Notes: generated by a model from the sequence alone, not told the origin. A DNA stretch of 64,000 nt from Candidatus Harrisonbacteria bacterium (GCA_023255625.1 JAHFLF010000002.1:39734-103733); one strand, 5' to 3'; counted from the first letter of the stretch, positions 10,208-22,362 are shown. Made by a program: numbers and translations.

Positions 10208-10978
10208 TTAAGTAATAAATGCTCGATTTAATCCAAACAGAAAACCGTTGTGTTTTGCTACGATAAAATTATTTTTACGCAAAATTTCGATCAATGGTTC
10301 TGGTTTCTGTTCAGGTTCAAAATGGTGATACTCCATGGCAATTTTTTTGATTCGGGCAAAATCAGCCGCTACCATCGAAGGTATAATTTTATATTCCGCG
10401 CCCTCACAATCCATTTTTAGAAAATCAATTTTGCCGATCGCCTGCTGCTCGCAAAAAGAAGCGAAACTTATCGTCTTGACCTCCACGATTTTTGCATCCT
10501 CGTCTCTCTTTGAAAAGCTATGCCGTGCGCTATTTTTTGATGAAAGGTAAAATTTTTCTGTGCCATTCTTATCTGCAAGTGCAACTGGCAATACAGTAAC
10601 ATTGGCAAGTTTATTAGCTGAAACATTTTGGCGAATCCGCTGGGCGAGTTCTGGAACCGGCTCAAGGGCGAAGACATGTCCTTTGTTAGCTCGCTGGGCA
10701 GCTAAAACGGTAAATGTACCAGTATTACTGCCAATATCAACTACGATGTCTGCGGGACCTATGTCGAAAAACGGCGGCGTGTACACCTTTTCATACCAAA
10801 TTTCTGTTAAAATAGACAGTTCGGCCCTACCGATTTGACCATTTTCATTCATAAATTTTGTACCGTCGCGCATAAGGATTTCCTGCACTGGAAACCTGGT
10901 TAATTTAGAAAAAAGAATCAGCATCCAGTTTGCGCACAGGGTTCTGACCGCAGAGAAGGTAAAAAGAAAGGTATTCAT
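10208..10978 (-). CDS. FkbM family methyltransferase
   Basis: VVDIGSNTG, ALEP, FLKMDCEGAE, MEYH. Confidence 0.92.
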   Translation of the reverse strand: MNTFLFTFSAVRTLCANWMLILFSKLTRFPVQEILMRDGTKFMNENGQIGRAELSILTEIWYEKVYTPPFFDIGPADIVVDIGSNTGTFTVLAAQRANKGHVFALEPVPELAQRIRQNVSANKLANVTVLPVALADKNGTEKFYLSSKNSARHSFSKRDEDAKIVEVKTISFASFCEQQAIGKIDFLKMDCEGAEYKIIPSMVAADFARIKKIAMEYHHFEPEQKPEPLIEILRKNNFIVAKHNGFLFGLNRAFIT

Positions 10979-11005
10979 AAAGGATTATTGTAACAGTTTT
11001 TGTGA

Positions 11006-12056
11006 TTATTTGAAAGAAAAAAGTTCGTCTAATTTTTTATCCGTTATCATCTCTGTATAACCATGGATTATTAACTTACGCGCTTTTATATTATGATCGT
11101 GCGCTAGTTCTATATTCTCTAAATATTTGTTTAAGTTTATGGCGAGTTGATCCGGATTGTAAAGCGAGTGAAAAAGCGCGCAATCGGTAAAAACAGTATT
11201 AAATTGAATAGTGTTTGGCAGACAAAGAGCCAGTCCTGAAAGCGCCGCTTCATAAACTGACAAATGCTGGCCGCTGCTGATTGCTGAATTGACAAAAATT
11301 GCAAAGGTCGGTAGCAACCGCGAAAGCTCGCTATGCGGAATGTATCCATGTTCTTTGATGCTACTACGAATACCTAAATGATCTACGAGTTCATGAAATT
11401 CCGGTATTCGAATTTCGCCAATAATGTGTAATTTAATTTTGGGTTTATTCATGTGCACCTGTGCGAATGCTCGCAAAATCGTCGGCAGATCATTGTCTGG
11501 TGTAACATTGCCAAGATAGACGATGTCATTCCCCGGGGTGATGTTGGGTTTGAACAGATAAGTATCAATCGCAATCGGCACTACAAAAATTTTCCCGGAG
11601 GCGATCCCCTGCCGGACGAGAAATTCTTTTTCACCCGGCGCTATGACTCTAATTCTCCAATAAAATCGCAACGCGGCTGTTTCAATAAATTGCTTTAGAC
11701 GAGAACGGCGAATAATGCTGTCGTGCGCCATAAACACTGTTTTTCGACAGAATAGCGGCACTAAAAGGAAGTTCTGCCAGATAACCGAGTTGGCATACAC
11801 GAGTGCGTGCCGGTTTATCCAAAGAAAACGGATCATCTGCCACAGACCGTCGTACTTCACGATTTGAGTTTCCGGGTCAAAGTGCGGATCATCCTGAATT
11901 CTTACCGTCGGAGAAATCATATAACCGATCGTTTTATAGCCTGCTTCTTTGGCCAGTCGGAGAGCGTTCAGTTGGTAATTCTGAACTTTAGAAAAACCGA
12001 AAAATTGCTTATGATAACCCCAGATGATGGAAACGAAAACTTTTTGTTGTGTCATA
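11006..12056 (-). CDS. Glycosyltransferase family 4-like (start probably MTQQK, approximate)
   Basis: VYLGNV, SSGQHLSVYEAALSGL. Confidence 0.75.
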
Positions 12057-12088
12057 GTGCCTTTGTATAGTACCCTTAGGAGATACAC

Positions 12089-13360
12089 ATGGCAACGCTA
12101 CGCGAACTTTTCTTCACAAATACAACAACGCGACATACTGTTATCCGGAACGGTTTTTGGCGCAGTTTTTCTATTGGCTTTAACAAATTGATCCGTCTTT
12201 TAGCGATTTTACTGGCGGCCAGATGGCTCGGCCCGACACTTTTTGGCGAATACAGTTATGTTGTTTCTCTAATGACGCTCGCATTTATTTTTTCGGATTG
12301 GGGAATTAATCTTCTGCTGACTAGAGATCTGCAGCAGAAAAAAGACGGAAATAAAGTTTTTTCTGTCGCTCTTGCTGCTAAACTGCTGATTAACATCGCT
12401 GCCGCGATTGTCGGTTTGGCGCTGCCCTTTTTTGTCAGTGGCGCTCCGGTAATTTTATGCAGCATCATTGTCGCTTCAATGGTTGTCGGTAATATCAGAG
12501 AATTATTTGTAAATGCGATTATCGCAAGGCAACGAGGAGAACTTGAAGCGATTGTTTCCGTCTTAGAAGGAATTTTAACGGTTTTTTTAATTTTCACTTT
12601 GCTTACTGGCTATAGAACCGGCTCCGGTTTCGCACTGATAAATCTGATCACTAATTCAGCCGCATTGGTAATTTGTATCGGTTTAGTTTATCACTGGCTG
12701 GGCTTTCGATTCAAATATGTATCGCCTTCAGAAATCACTCTTTTTTTGAAGGCCGGACTGCCACTCGCACTTTTTGGGATTATCGGATATATCTTTTTTG
12801 CTTCAGATCAGCTTTTTATCAAGCATTATCTAGGCATAGAGCAGGTTGGTTACTACGCCCTAGCAACGCGAGTAATTTATGCAGCGCAATTACTACCTAG
12901 TTTGATAGTTTCAGTTTTGTTTCCAGTCATTTCGCGTTATGCGACAGACCGAGAGCGTCTTGAACCGCTTTTCAAAAAAATATTTTGGCTGCTTGTGGGA
13001 ATCGGCGCTCTTGTCGCCGGCATTATTTTTATCGCAAAGCCGCTTCTGATTATTGCCGCCCCTCAATATTTATCAGCATTACCGATTGTATCCGGGCTTA
13101 GCGGTATTCTAATTTTCATGTTTCCTTCGGTCTGGCTCGATAGTGTGCTTGTCGCGCTGAATAAACAAAAACAGGATTTTTATCTAACTTTTGGCGCGGC
13201 CGGTTTAAACATTATTTTACTTTTTATACTTGTCCAACCATATGGATTTTCTGGCGCGGTGTACGCAACTATCATCAGCCAGGCAATCAATACGGTCGCT
13301 ACCTATATTTATGCCTGGTTGGTGATCCAGAAAATCCAACCGGCAAAAATAATGGCCTAA
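12089..13360 (+). CDS. Wzx-type polysaccharide flippase
   Basis: ARWLGPTLFGEYS, SDWGINLLLTRD, VGYYALA; many TM helices. Confidence 0.9.
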   Translation: MATLRELFFTNTTTRHTVIRNGFWRSFSIGFNKLIRLLAILLAARWLGPTLFGEYSYVVSLMTLAFIFSDWGINLLLTRDLQQKKDGNKVFSVALAAKLLINIAAAIVGLALPFFVSGAPVILCSIIVASMVVGNIRELFVNAIIARQRGELEAIVSVLEGILTVFLIFTLLTGYRTGSGFALINLITNSAALVICIGLVYHWLGFRFKYVSPSEITLFLKAGLPLALFGIIGYIFFASDQLFIKHYLGIEQVGYYALATRVIYAAQLLPSLIVSVLFPVISRYATDRERLEPLFKKIFWLLVGIGALVAGIIFIAKPLLIIAAPQYLSALPIVSGLSGILIFMFPSVWLDSVLVALNKQKQDFYLTFGAAGLNIILLFILVQPYGFSGAVYATIISQAINTVATYIYAWLVIQKIQPAKIMA

Positions 13361-13390
13361 CATTGTTTGCGTACCGCACCGAGCGCTTTT

Positions 13391-14047
13391 TTATGATTGC
13401 GAGTATTTAATTTTAAAAAAATAAAATGCTTTGCGAACCAAGTGAAAGCGTTTTAAAAAACGATAATATAGGAATTTCGGCCAACTAAAATAATCAGTGC
13501 GCGTAACCTCCCGTAAACCCCACTGTTGCTTAAATTTTGCCACAGAAGCAAGCGCCGGATCCGGACAGCCCATGTATTGCAGTAAGCCAAAATTAAAGTG
13601 GGAGAACCCTTTGGCTCGTAAATCAAGAAACATTTCCCAAAATAAGAGATAGTTAGCACGTTCGTTTGGATAATTGTTATCCCAGGCGAATGCACGGCCA
13701 ACAGCTATATCACCCGGGCCGATGTCCGAAGCCCTTTCTTTTGTCACAAAATAACAAGAAAGCAGCTGGCCGTTTTGCATTGCCCCGTAACCAATAGCCA
13801 TCGAATCGGTGACTATATTTTTATAAAATTGATCATAAGGTATCTCTATAAAAGCGAGGTGCCGCTTAATAAGCGTCTGACACTCGGCAAGAAGCGCAGA
13901 ATTATTTTTATCAATCTCCACGACATACACTTCTTTTTTGCGCGCCTGCCGAATTTTTTTGCGGGTATCCTTGCTAAGTCGCTGTTCGTACTGTGCAAGC
14001 GGCGCAGTAAGATCGACAATGGCAAGAGTATACGATACTGAAGGCAT
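13391..14047 (-). CDS. FemAB/GNAT-like acyl/aminoacyl transferase
   Basis: IVDLT..LSKDTRKKIRQA, ANYLLFWEM..FNFG..KFKQQWG. Confidence 0.75.
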   Translation of the reverse strand: MPSVSYTLAIVDLTAPLAQYEQRLSKDTRKKIRQARKKEVYVVEIDKNNSALLAECQTLIKRHLAFIEIPYDQFYKNIVTDSMAIGYGAMQNGQLLSCYFVTKERASDIGPGDIAVGRAFAWDNNYPNERANYLLFWEMFLDLRAKGFSHFNFGLLQYMGCPDPALASVAKFKQQWGLREVTRTDYFSWPKFLYYRFLKRFHLVRKAFYFFKIKYSQS

Positions 14048-14051
14048 GTCT

Positions 14052-15158
14052 TTACGACGCTAAAAACAATTTATAAATGATTCCAGTTTCATTGAACATT
14101 TTATCGTCGGTAAATTCAGCTGCTCGAAGAAGTGCCGCCTCGCCAAAGTGCTGGCGCAATATAGGGTCAATAATAATTCCTCTAAGTCCTTTTTCAATGG
14201 ATTCCGGGCTTTCAGAGCTAACAACTATTGCACTTTGCCCTAATGTTTCGGCTACACCACCAACATCAGTGGCGATAATCGGCAAACCGGCCTGCATCGC
14301 TTCAAGGATCGCAAACGGCATCCCTTCTTTGCGCGACGGCAAAACAAAAATATCAAACGCTTTGAGCAGCCGCGCGGCTGATTTTTGTGCGCCGCAAAAT
14401 TTAATTACTTTTGAAAGTCCCTGTAAAGTAACCATTTTCTCTAATTTCTCTCGTTGCGGGCCTTCACCGATAATTGCGATCATGGTAATTTTTTCTAAAA
14501 TATCCGGCGATAACTTGGCCGCTGCTTGAATAAGAATATCCACGCCTTTATTCGGATACAGATTCGCAATAGTTCCAATGCATAATCCATCAGCAGGCAA
14601 ACCCAGCTGCTGCCGCGCCGCCTGCTTGCCCAAAAAATCCATCGCCGGGATTCCGTTATGAATAATCTGCATCTTTTCTGCGCTAGCGCATTTAGAAGAC
14701 AGCAGTCCATTGTAGTCCTCCTGCGAAACCGCGATTGTATATGCTCGGCGACGGGCAGCCCGGCGCTCTAAAAATCCATAGAATGACTTTTTCAACGCGC
14801 TTAGCGCTTCATTAAGCACCAGCCCGTGAACTGTGTAAATGACCGGAATCGAACTTTTTTTCGCCGCAAAACTACCGATAACTCCCGCTTTTGAAGAATT
14901 AAGATGAATAAGATCCGGCTTAACTTCGGCTATCACTTTACGCAGTTCAAAGTACGCGGCCAAATCATGATACGGAGAGATATCCCGTTTCAGGTGTTTC
15001 AGGCGGATAGTTTCGATACCCAATCTTTTTGCCTCTTCAAAAAGCCAGTCATGTTCTATGCCACAGCCAATAATACCCCCAAAGTATTTAGCTAATTGCA
15101 ATGTATAGGTTTGGGCTCCACCTAAATCAGCGGAGGTAACTATATAAAGAATCTTCAT
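14052..15158 (-). CDS. Glycosyltransferase family 4
   Basis: GGAQTY, HLNSSKAG, LPSRKEGMPFAILEAM. Confidence 0.93.
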   Translation of the reverse strand: MKILYIVTSADLGGAQTYTLQLAKYFGGIIGCGIEHDWLFEEAKRLGIETIRLKHLKRDISPYHDLAAYFELRKVIAEVKPDLIHLNSSKAGVIGSFAAKKSSIPVIYTVHGLVLNEALSALKKSFYGFLERRAARRRAYTIAVSQEDYNGLLSSKCASAEKMQIIHNGIPAMDFLGKQAARQQLGLPADGLCIGTIANLYPNKGVDILIQAAAKLSPDILEKITMIAIIGEGPQREKLEKMVTLQGLSKVIKFCGAQKSAARLLKAFDIFVLPSRKEGMPFAILEAMQAGLPIIATDVGGVAETLGQSAIVVSSESPESIEKGLRGIIIDPILRQHFGEAALLRAAEFTDDKMFNETGIIYKLFLAS

Positions 15159-15182
15159 ACGGTAATCCTTAAGTATCTCGAA

Positions 15183-15482
15183 CTATTTTCTATTCTTTAG
15201 CCGCTCAATCGCTTTGGTAAGACGGCTTCTCTGCCCTTCGTTCCATCTCTTAGAAATTTCAATCAGTCGCCGAATGAATTCTACTTGATCCGGTTCGGTC
15301 AAATCATCAAAAATCATTGCAAAATTTAGAAGTATTTTTGCGGTGGCCTCATCCTCTGTAAGTGCAGGATCAAGGGCGAGGGCAGCAATATCAGCCAGCT
15401 GGTCCGGCTGTATTCTTGACTCTGGGGTTTTGGCTTCATCAGCTATAGATTGAAGGGCTCTTTCAAGCTGGTCATTACTCAT
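15183..15482 (-). CDS. Hypothetical helical protein
   Basis: 99-aa ORF co-oriented and tightly packed with neighbours. Confidence 0.6.
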   Translation of the reverse strand: MSNDQLERALQSIADEAKTPESRIQPDQLADIAALALDPALTEDEATAKILLNFAMIFDDLTEPDQVEFIRRLIEISKRWNEGQRSRLTKAIERLKNRK

Positions 15483-15494
15483 TTTGATGGAACT

Positions 15495-16103
15495 CTAATT
15501 TTGATTAATTTTTATTCTGTCGTGTCTGTGATAATAACTCATAATGATTCCCGCCGGAATAGCGCCTAAAAGGTTGAAAAGCAAATCGAGTGCATTATTC
15601 ATGTAGTCCCCAATCTCTTTTCCAGCATTCAGGAAAACAACCGCAAAAAGTTCCATAATCTCGTTCAGCACACCAACCCCTATTGTAAGAAGAATTATCA
15701 AAAGGGCAAGCAGGAAGAGATTATGTTTTATTTTTTGATCAAGATGCGGAGCCAGCAAGCTGTAGATAATAAGACCGAGAACAAAAGAACCCCAAAGATG
15801 AATAATATTGTCATAGCGCAGAATATCCTGAATAAACCATAGATCATAGAGCCGTACTCCATGCACGGCGATGTTTATACCCGCCACGTGCAAAAGACCG
15901 AGAACAGAAAGTCCGGCAATAATACTCGGCGCTATGTGAAGCGTCTTGTGAAAGTAATAAATTAGCGCTACCGGCAAGCTGATAAAAAAAGCAGTAATGA
16001 AAAATTCATATTTCCCGGCTTGCACCGCTATTAAACCGAAAAAAAGCAGGTAGCTGATGTTAAAAAACAGAAGCGCATTAAAACTTTTTTGGGTTTGCGT
16101 CAT
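15495..16103 (-). CDS. DUF2238/YjdF-like membrane protein
   Basis: LHVAG, RYDNIIH, NEIMEL, DYMNNALDLLFNLLG. Confidence 0.75.
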   Translation of the reverse strand: MTQTQKSFNALLFFNISYLLFFGLIAVQAGKYEFFITAFFISLPVALIYYFHKTLHIAPSIIAGLSVLGLLHVAGINIAVHGVRLYDLWFIQDILRYDNIIHLWGSFVLGLIIYSLLAPHLDQKIKHNLFLLALLIILLTIGVGVLNEIMELFAVVFLNAGKEIGDYMNNALDLLFNLLGAIPAGIIMSYYHRHDRIKINQN

Positions 16104-16167
16104 AGTTTGACTGCTGGCAAATTATTAGGATTCTTGCTATTAATTATAGTTATAGTATAGAGCATTT

Positions 16168-16425
16168 GGTGGGGTCGTCCCAGTACCAGAGCACGAAGTC
16201 TTGTTCCCGATTTGTCTGCGAGAACTTGAGCAGGTACAAATCGTAATCCCGTCCAAAGCGGAGGTGTCGCATAGCGGCTTAGTGCGCAGTCTTGGAAAGA
16301 CTGTGTGCCGAAAGGCACCGTGAGTTCGAATCTCACCACCTCCGCTTTGGACGGGAGAAAGGCGGCATGCCGAAAGTTTACCCGCCTTGGGCGGGGCATC
16401 GAGGGTTCAAATCTCTCCCCCACCG
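16168..16425 (+). pseudogene. Disrupted tRNA-Ser-like gene enclosing the intact tRNA-Ser(GGA)
   Basis: 5' GGTGGGG (16168-16174) pairs with CCCCACC-G (16418-16425). 3' half GAAAGGCGG, long variable arm and GAGGG-TTCAAAT-CTCTC T arm are present. D arm and 5' anticodon strand are missing. Confidence 0.6.
16260..16344 (+). tRNA. tRNA-Ser(GGA)
   Basis: GGAGGTG/CACCTCC-G acceptor, CAGTC-TTGGAAA-GACTG anticodon arm, GTGCCGAAAGGCAC variable arm, GTGAG-TTCGAAT-CTCAC; no encoded CCA. Confidence 0.95.
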
Positions 16426-16453
16426 TAGGCATATTTATTATCGACAAAAGTGT

Positions 16454-17743
16454 CTATTGTCGGCCAAACAAACGGCGAAGAAAAGATGGCTTTTGTACTG
16501 GTTCTGCCGGTTTTTTTGGCGCAGGCACAGGTGAGTCAATATCCCATGATTCATCTGGCGTAACAGGCGCGCTTCTCTCAACGCGCTGCGTCTGCAGAGT
16601 TGGCATTTTTTGTATCGGTCGAGAAGTTGTAGATCCCGGCTCGAAAACCACAGCCCCATTGCATAAAGAAAAGGGTTTCGATCGGCCTATCGGATCCAGA
16701 AATTTATTGAGGGTAACAGTATAAGAGAAGCCGTCAGGCGGCATTAGCGTAACATTGACCCGAAATTCAACATCTCCGTCATGGTGGGTTGAGCCGTAAC
16801 TGCCGGGGCGTTCCGAGTACAAATGTAGGATTGCGTCAACAACATATTCCGCATCATTTTTTCTATAAAACTTGAATTCTGATGGGTCCACATTAGTTAG
16901 TCGCCCAGATGGCAGTCCTTCCTGAACACTTGAATTCTGGGCAGAAAAAATTTGCTCATTGCGTATTGCTCTTAGCTCTGGCGGCCATTTTCCTGGCTCC
17001 GTCTCAATACGAGTTAGGGCGGGTTCACTCGTAGAAACTTTTTCAACGGGCTTGGGTGCTGGCGCTGGCTCAACTGCCCGGCGGACTACCGGAGCCGCCG
17101 GCGCTGGCAGAACAGGCCTTTCTATTTTTACGGGCGGCCTTGGCGCTTCTCTTAACTTCGCATATCTTCCATTGCCATATATAGCTGGTTCTAAAGTAGT
17201 ATAGGTTCTCTTTTCGTCATGCATTCCGTCAGGCACGCTCTCAAAGGAAAATAATCCTGGAATTGCGAATGATTCTTCAGAATTTGCAACTTGACCTCCG
17301 ACATAATACTGAAAGTCGCTACCTGGATCAGACGAAACGCACATATCTAACAAACGGCACGCTCTTCTAAACGCATCCTGAATTTTTGGAATTTTTCTTG
17401 CGACCTCTTGTGATAGGGGTTTTGCAATATCGTCTTTGGTAGAAGATTCAAAAGCATATACGCCATTTTTTCCTCGTACTGCACCCCTGAAAATGCTCTG
17501 AAATAGTATATGGACAATCGTTCTTTGCTGCTCTATCTTTTTTCCTTGATCTGCAAGTTTGCCGACATTTTGATAGTCAAGCAAAATGTGTCGGATGTAT
17601 CTGTCCTCTCCTGGATCAAATTCAGGCAGAAGTTCTAATATATCTCTTAGTTCAGCCGGTGCCGCCGCTATCTCTTCTGGTGTTAATCGTTTTGGCGCAC
17701 CAGTGGGAGCCCGCCCCATCGCCCCGTCAAAATTTTCAGACAT
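16454..17743 (-). CDS. Hypothetical protein with Pro-rich linkers and C-terminal amphipathic tail
   Basis: 429-aa ORF ending KPSFLRRLFGRQ. Confidence 0.75.
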   Translation of the reverse strand: MSENFDGAMGRAPTGAPKRLTPEEIAAAPAELRDILELLPEFDPGEDRYIRHILLDYQNVGKLADQGKKIEQQRTIVHILFQSIFRGAVRGKNGVYAFESSTKDDIAKPLSQEVARKIPKIQDAFRRACRLLDMCVSSDPGSDFQYYVGGQVANSEESFAIPGLFSFESVPDGMHDEKRTYTTLEPAIYGNGRYAKLREAPRPPVKIERPVLPAPAAPVVRRAVEPAPAPKPVEKVSTSEPALTRIETEPGKWPPELRAIRNEQIFSAQNSSVQEGLPSGRLTNVDPSEFKFYRKNDAEYVVDAILHLYSERPGSYGSTHHDGDVEFRVNVTLMPPDGFSYTVTLNKFLDPIGRSKPFSLCNGAVVFEPGSTTSRPIQKMPTLQTQRVERSAPVTPDESWDIDSPVPAPKKPAEPVQKPSFLRRLFGRQ

Positions 17744-17775
17744 AAAAACGAGGTTATATTTTATCTACCAAATTA

Positions 17776-18477
17776 TTACGAATGTATCATCGTCCCCTGT
17801 GCCTCTCTGCCTTCAATCAGATTGCGGAGATTGACTAAATCGCGGCCATTTGCCATACAGACCGTCAGATTGTGCTCTGCGGCGTGTTTTGCTGCGGTTG
17901 GGTCAAACGGGGCGCTCATGCCCGGTTTCCAGTCATTTGGAATATAACCCATGTACTCTTTCCAAGTTACATCAAAAAGTTTTTTAGCGCTCGGATCCTT
18001 TTTCGGGTCTGCAGTATACACAAAATCAGCGGTACTCAAGTTAATGACCGCCTCTCCGCCGTAATGAATGGCTAACATTGCTGAATCGTGGTCTGACGAA
18101 CGGCCTGGAATCCAGCCGCTGCCAATTACAACCGGTTTAGTTACGGCCGGCGGATGCGAGGGGTCCTCAATGACCTCGGGGTGTGCGATGTCGGTTAGGA
18201 TACTACGCAGAAGTTGGGCGTTTAGCCGCGTACTGGCGATGCCAATCCAGTCAAGGTCTGCATCTGTCGGTTTCCCGACTGTCCGCGCGGCCTCTTGATA
18301 TACTCTACACAACCTTCCTCCGCCGGTAATAATAATGAAACGATACCCCTCGCTTACATATTGACGAATCTCGTTGGCAAATTCTTTCAGGTAAGCAACA
18401 TCAAGTTCGTTCGGATAAAAAATAGAGCCGCCCAAAGAGATAACAATTAGCTTTTGCTTATCAAAATTGAATTTCAT
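17776..18477 (-). CDS. pyrH: UMP kinase (archaeal-type)
   Basis: ISLGGS, ITGGG, DWIGIASTRLNA, PGRSSD, VYTADP, PFDPTA. Confidence 0.93.
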   Translation of the reverse strand: MKFNFDKQKLIVISLGGSIFYPNELDVAYLKEFANEIRQYVSEGYRFIIITGGGRLCRVYQEAARTVGKPTDADLDWIGIASTRLNAQLLRSILTDIAHPEVIEDPSHPPAVTKPVVIGSGWIPGRSSDHDSAMLAIHYGGEAVINLSTADFVYTADPKKDPSAKKLFDVTWKEYMGYIPNDWKPGMSAPFDPTAAKHAAEHNLTVCMANGRDLVNLRNLIEGREAQGTMIHS

Positions 18478-18609
18478 ACAGTTTATTATAGCAAATCAGC
18501 GCTGGTTTAGCGCTAGCGGCAATTCTCGGAGCAGCTTGGCTGTGAGAGCATAGGGCCATTTTCCAGCAGAAAAATACGCCTGGTGCCGTCTGCGCTAAAC
18601 CCGTGCTGA

Positions 18610-20376
<1,767 letters not shown>

Positions 20377-20378
20377 CT

Positions 20379-20666
20379 TCAAACGAGTACGGCTAGCACA
20401 TCATCTTCATCTCCGACCAAATATTTTTTTCCTTCAATTTCTATCTCATCCGGACCGTATTTTTTGAATAAAACTTTGTCGCCGACTTTAACCGTCATAG
20501 CAACCAGTTTTCCCTCGACAGTTTTACCCGGGCCGACAGCCACCACCGTACCCATCATGGGTTTTTCACCGGAGCTGTTCTCTGGCAGTACAATTCCCGA
20601 CTTGGTTGTTTTTTCAGCGCTAAGCCCCTCAATAAATAGCCGATTAGATAGTGGTTTAAAGTTCAT
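20379..20666 (-). CDS. groS: Co-chaperonin GroES
   Basis: KPLSNR, TKSGIVLP, VAVGPG, VKVGDKVLF. Confidence 0.98.
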   Translation of the reverse strand: MNFKPLSNRLFIEGLSAEKTTKSGIVLPENSSGEKPMMGTVVAVGPGKTVEGKLVAMTVKVGDKVLFKKYGPDEIEIEGKKYLVGDEDDVLAVLV

Positions 20667-20776
20667 AAGAGCTACGAATTACGAATATTGTACAAAAGTA
20701 CGAATATATTAGATATAAAATAACCGACTTGATAAAAATTTTAGCATTTTAGAGCCGATTTTATGAATCGTCAATG

Positions 20777-22339
20777 CTACTTAGTCGGCGCCAAATTTAT
20801 ATAACCGGCATAATCAATGCCAAATCTTTGTTGGCTGCCGACGCTCTGTACGGTATAAACAGCAATTTTATTTTTACCCTTGGCAAGGTACGGAGCAATG
20901 TTGAGTACGGTTGGCGTGCTGGGAACGATCAAACCGCGTTTCTGCGGCGGTACGCTGTAGATACTCACGCCATTCACGCGCACTTCAATCTGCTTGTTGG
21001 TGCTTAAAACTGCTAAATAACCCTCGGCTGGTGCTGCCGGTAGATCAACTGTTTCCACCGCAACCATAATTGTATTTTGAACCGGGCCTTTACCATTTTC
21101 CTGCATCCCGGGTCGAAAACCAATCCAGGAGGAGTCGGGCAGGGTGGCTTCCCACGGTTGGGTCGTGCCCGGCAAAATAACCGACGGGCGCAGCTTGCTC
21201 GCTTCATATTCTACATAATGATCCTCGTCTTGACTATGGAAGTACTGCTGCGACTGGGTGGTGATTTTTAGTTCGTTAGCGGCGATACTCCCGAGCTGTG
21301 ATTCTACGCGGAGGGCAATTTTTTGCGCGCGTGCGGCAGCCGTTCTGTCGGCTTTTGGTACATCGTCCTCTCTAAGGCATTTTTGGCTATCAATGTTATT
21401 TTTGAAAAGATCAGCGCTCATGTCCCGGAGCCCGTCAACTGCTACAGCATACAGAAGATTAATAGTGTAAGCCGCGCGCACGCCATTTTTAATCGTTTTG
21501 AAGTTATTGATTCGCGTGATCGCACGATCCCGAACTTGCATAACGCTAATTTTGGGATCAGGAATAGGATTATTATCTTCTTGGAATTGTAAAAGCTGGC
21601 TCACGGAAGTCTGACAGATCTGCTTGCTTAGTTTATCTAAAACAAATTTTGCCTCTTTCGTGATGGCGGCGACTGCTTTAGTTGCTGTTTGTGGAATAGA
21701 AATTTCCGGAAGACGCACAACGGCGACCGGCGTTCCTTCGGCGCGTTTTGCGGCTGTACCAGAAAGAGGCAGGCCACTTGGGCCGGCGCCGGCCAGACTG
21801 GCAAAATTGGCCCACCCGGAAACGGTCGAAACCGTGCTGATTACCTCCCCAGCCGCAATAATCAGCGGGTCTGAAAACAGTGAAGCAGTGCCAATGATTG
21901 AGGCAAATGTCTCGCTGACAACGGCGGTAGCGCCCGTCACATCACCCAAAAAAGCCAGAGGTGTTGGGACACCGACCACCGCCAGTGCCACGCCAACGAT
22001 CACTGGCAGGCCGGTTGGTGCATCAGGAATGCGGCCATAGTTTGGCGCAAACACGCCAACCCGTTCATTACCATCGCTCCCAAATTTGATAACTTGTCCG
22101 CCCGATAATGGATTAAGTGGTTCTCGTCTCTCAACCGGTGATTTGTCGATTGACTCTGCCTGACTGGCCGAAAACTGTGCGCTCTGATTAGCGACATAAA
22201 TAATTCCGAGCGCCATGCCAAAAACAATGCCGACGATAGCCCAGGCGTACCAGCTGTGGACGCGGTGACGGCCAACGATGGTAAAGTCTTTCTTAATGTC
22301 CGCAACCGTCTTTTCGCCGAGGTTGTGTTTGTTCTCCAT
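20777..22339 (-). CDS. Secreted protein, shared 61-aa leader family member 1 (hydrophobic Gly/Ala segment, helical region, C-terminal beta-rich domain)
   Basis: Leader nearly identical to next two ORFs. Confidence 0.8.
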   Translation of the reverse strand: MENKHNLGEKTVADIKKDFTIVGRHRVHSWYAWAIVGIVFGMALGIIYVANQSAQFSASQAESIDKSPVERREPLNPLSGGQVIKFGSDGNERVGVFAPNYGRIPDAPTGLPVIVGVALAVVGVPTPLAFLGDVTGATAVVSETFASIIGTASLFSDPLIIAAGEVISTVSTVSGWANFASLAGAGPSGLPLSGTAAKRAEGTPVAVVRLPEISIPQTATKAVAAITKEAKFVLDKLSKQICQTSVSQLLQFQEDNNPIPDPKISVMQVRDRAITRINNFKTIKNGVRAAYTINLLYAVAVDGLRDMSADLFKNNIDSQKCLREDDVPKADRTAAARAQKIALRVESQLGSIAANELKITTQSQQYFHSQDEDHYVEYEASKLRPSVILPGTTQPWEATLPDSSWIGFRPGMQENGKGPVQNTIMVAVETVDLPAAPAEGYLAVLSTNKQIEVRVNGVSIYSVPPQKRGLIVPSTPTVLNIAPYLAKGKNKIAVYTVQSVGSQQRFGIDYAGYINLAPTK

Positions 22340-22362
22340 AAAATTTACTGTACTATGCCCTA

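Noticed and set aside
16100-16724. ORFs overlapping the tRNA-Ser region
   Set aside because: They read through tRNA sequence; spurious.
20735-20780. CIRCE element upstream of groES
   Set aside because: TTAGCA is present but there is no TTAGCACTC-N9-GAGTGCTAA match.
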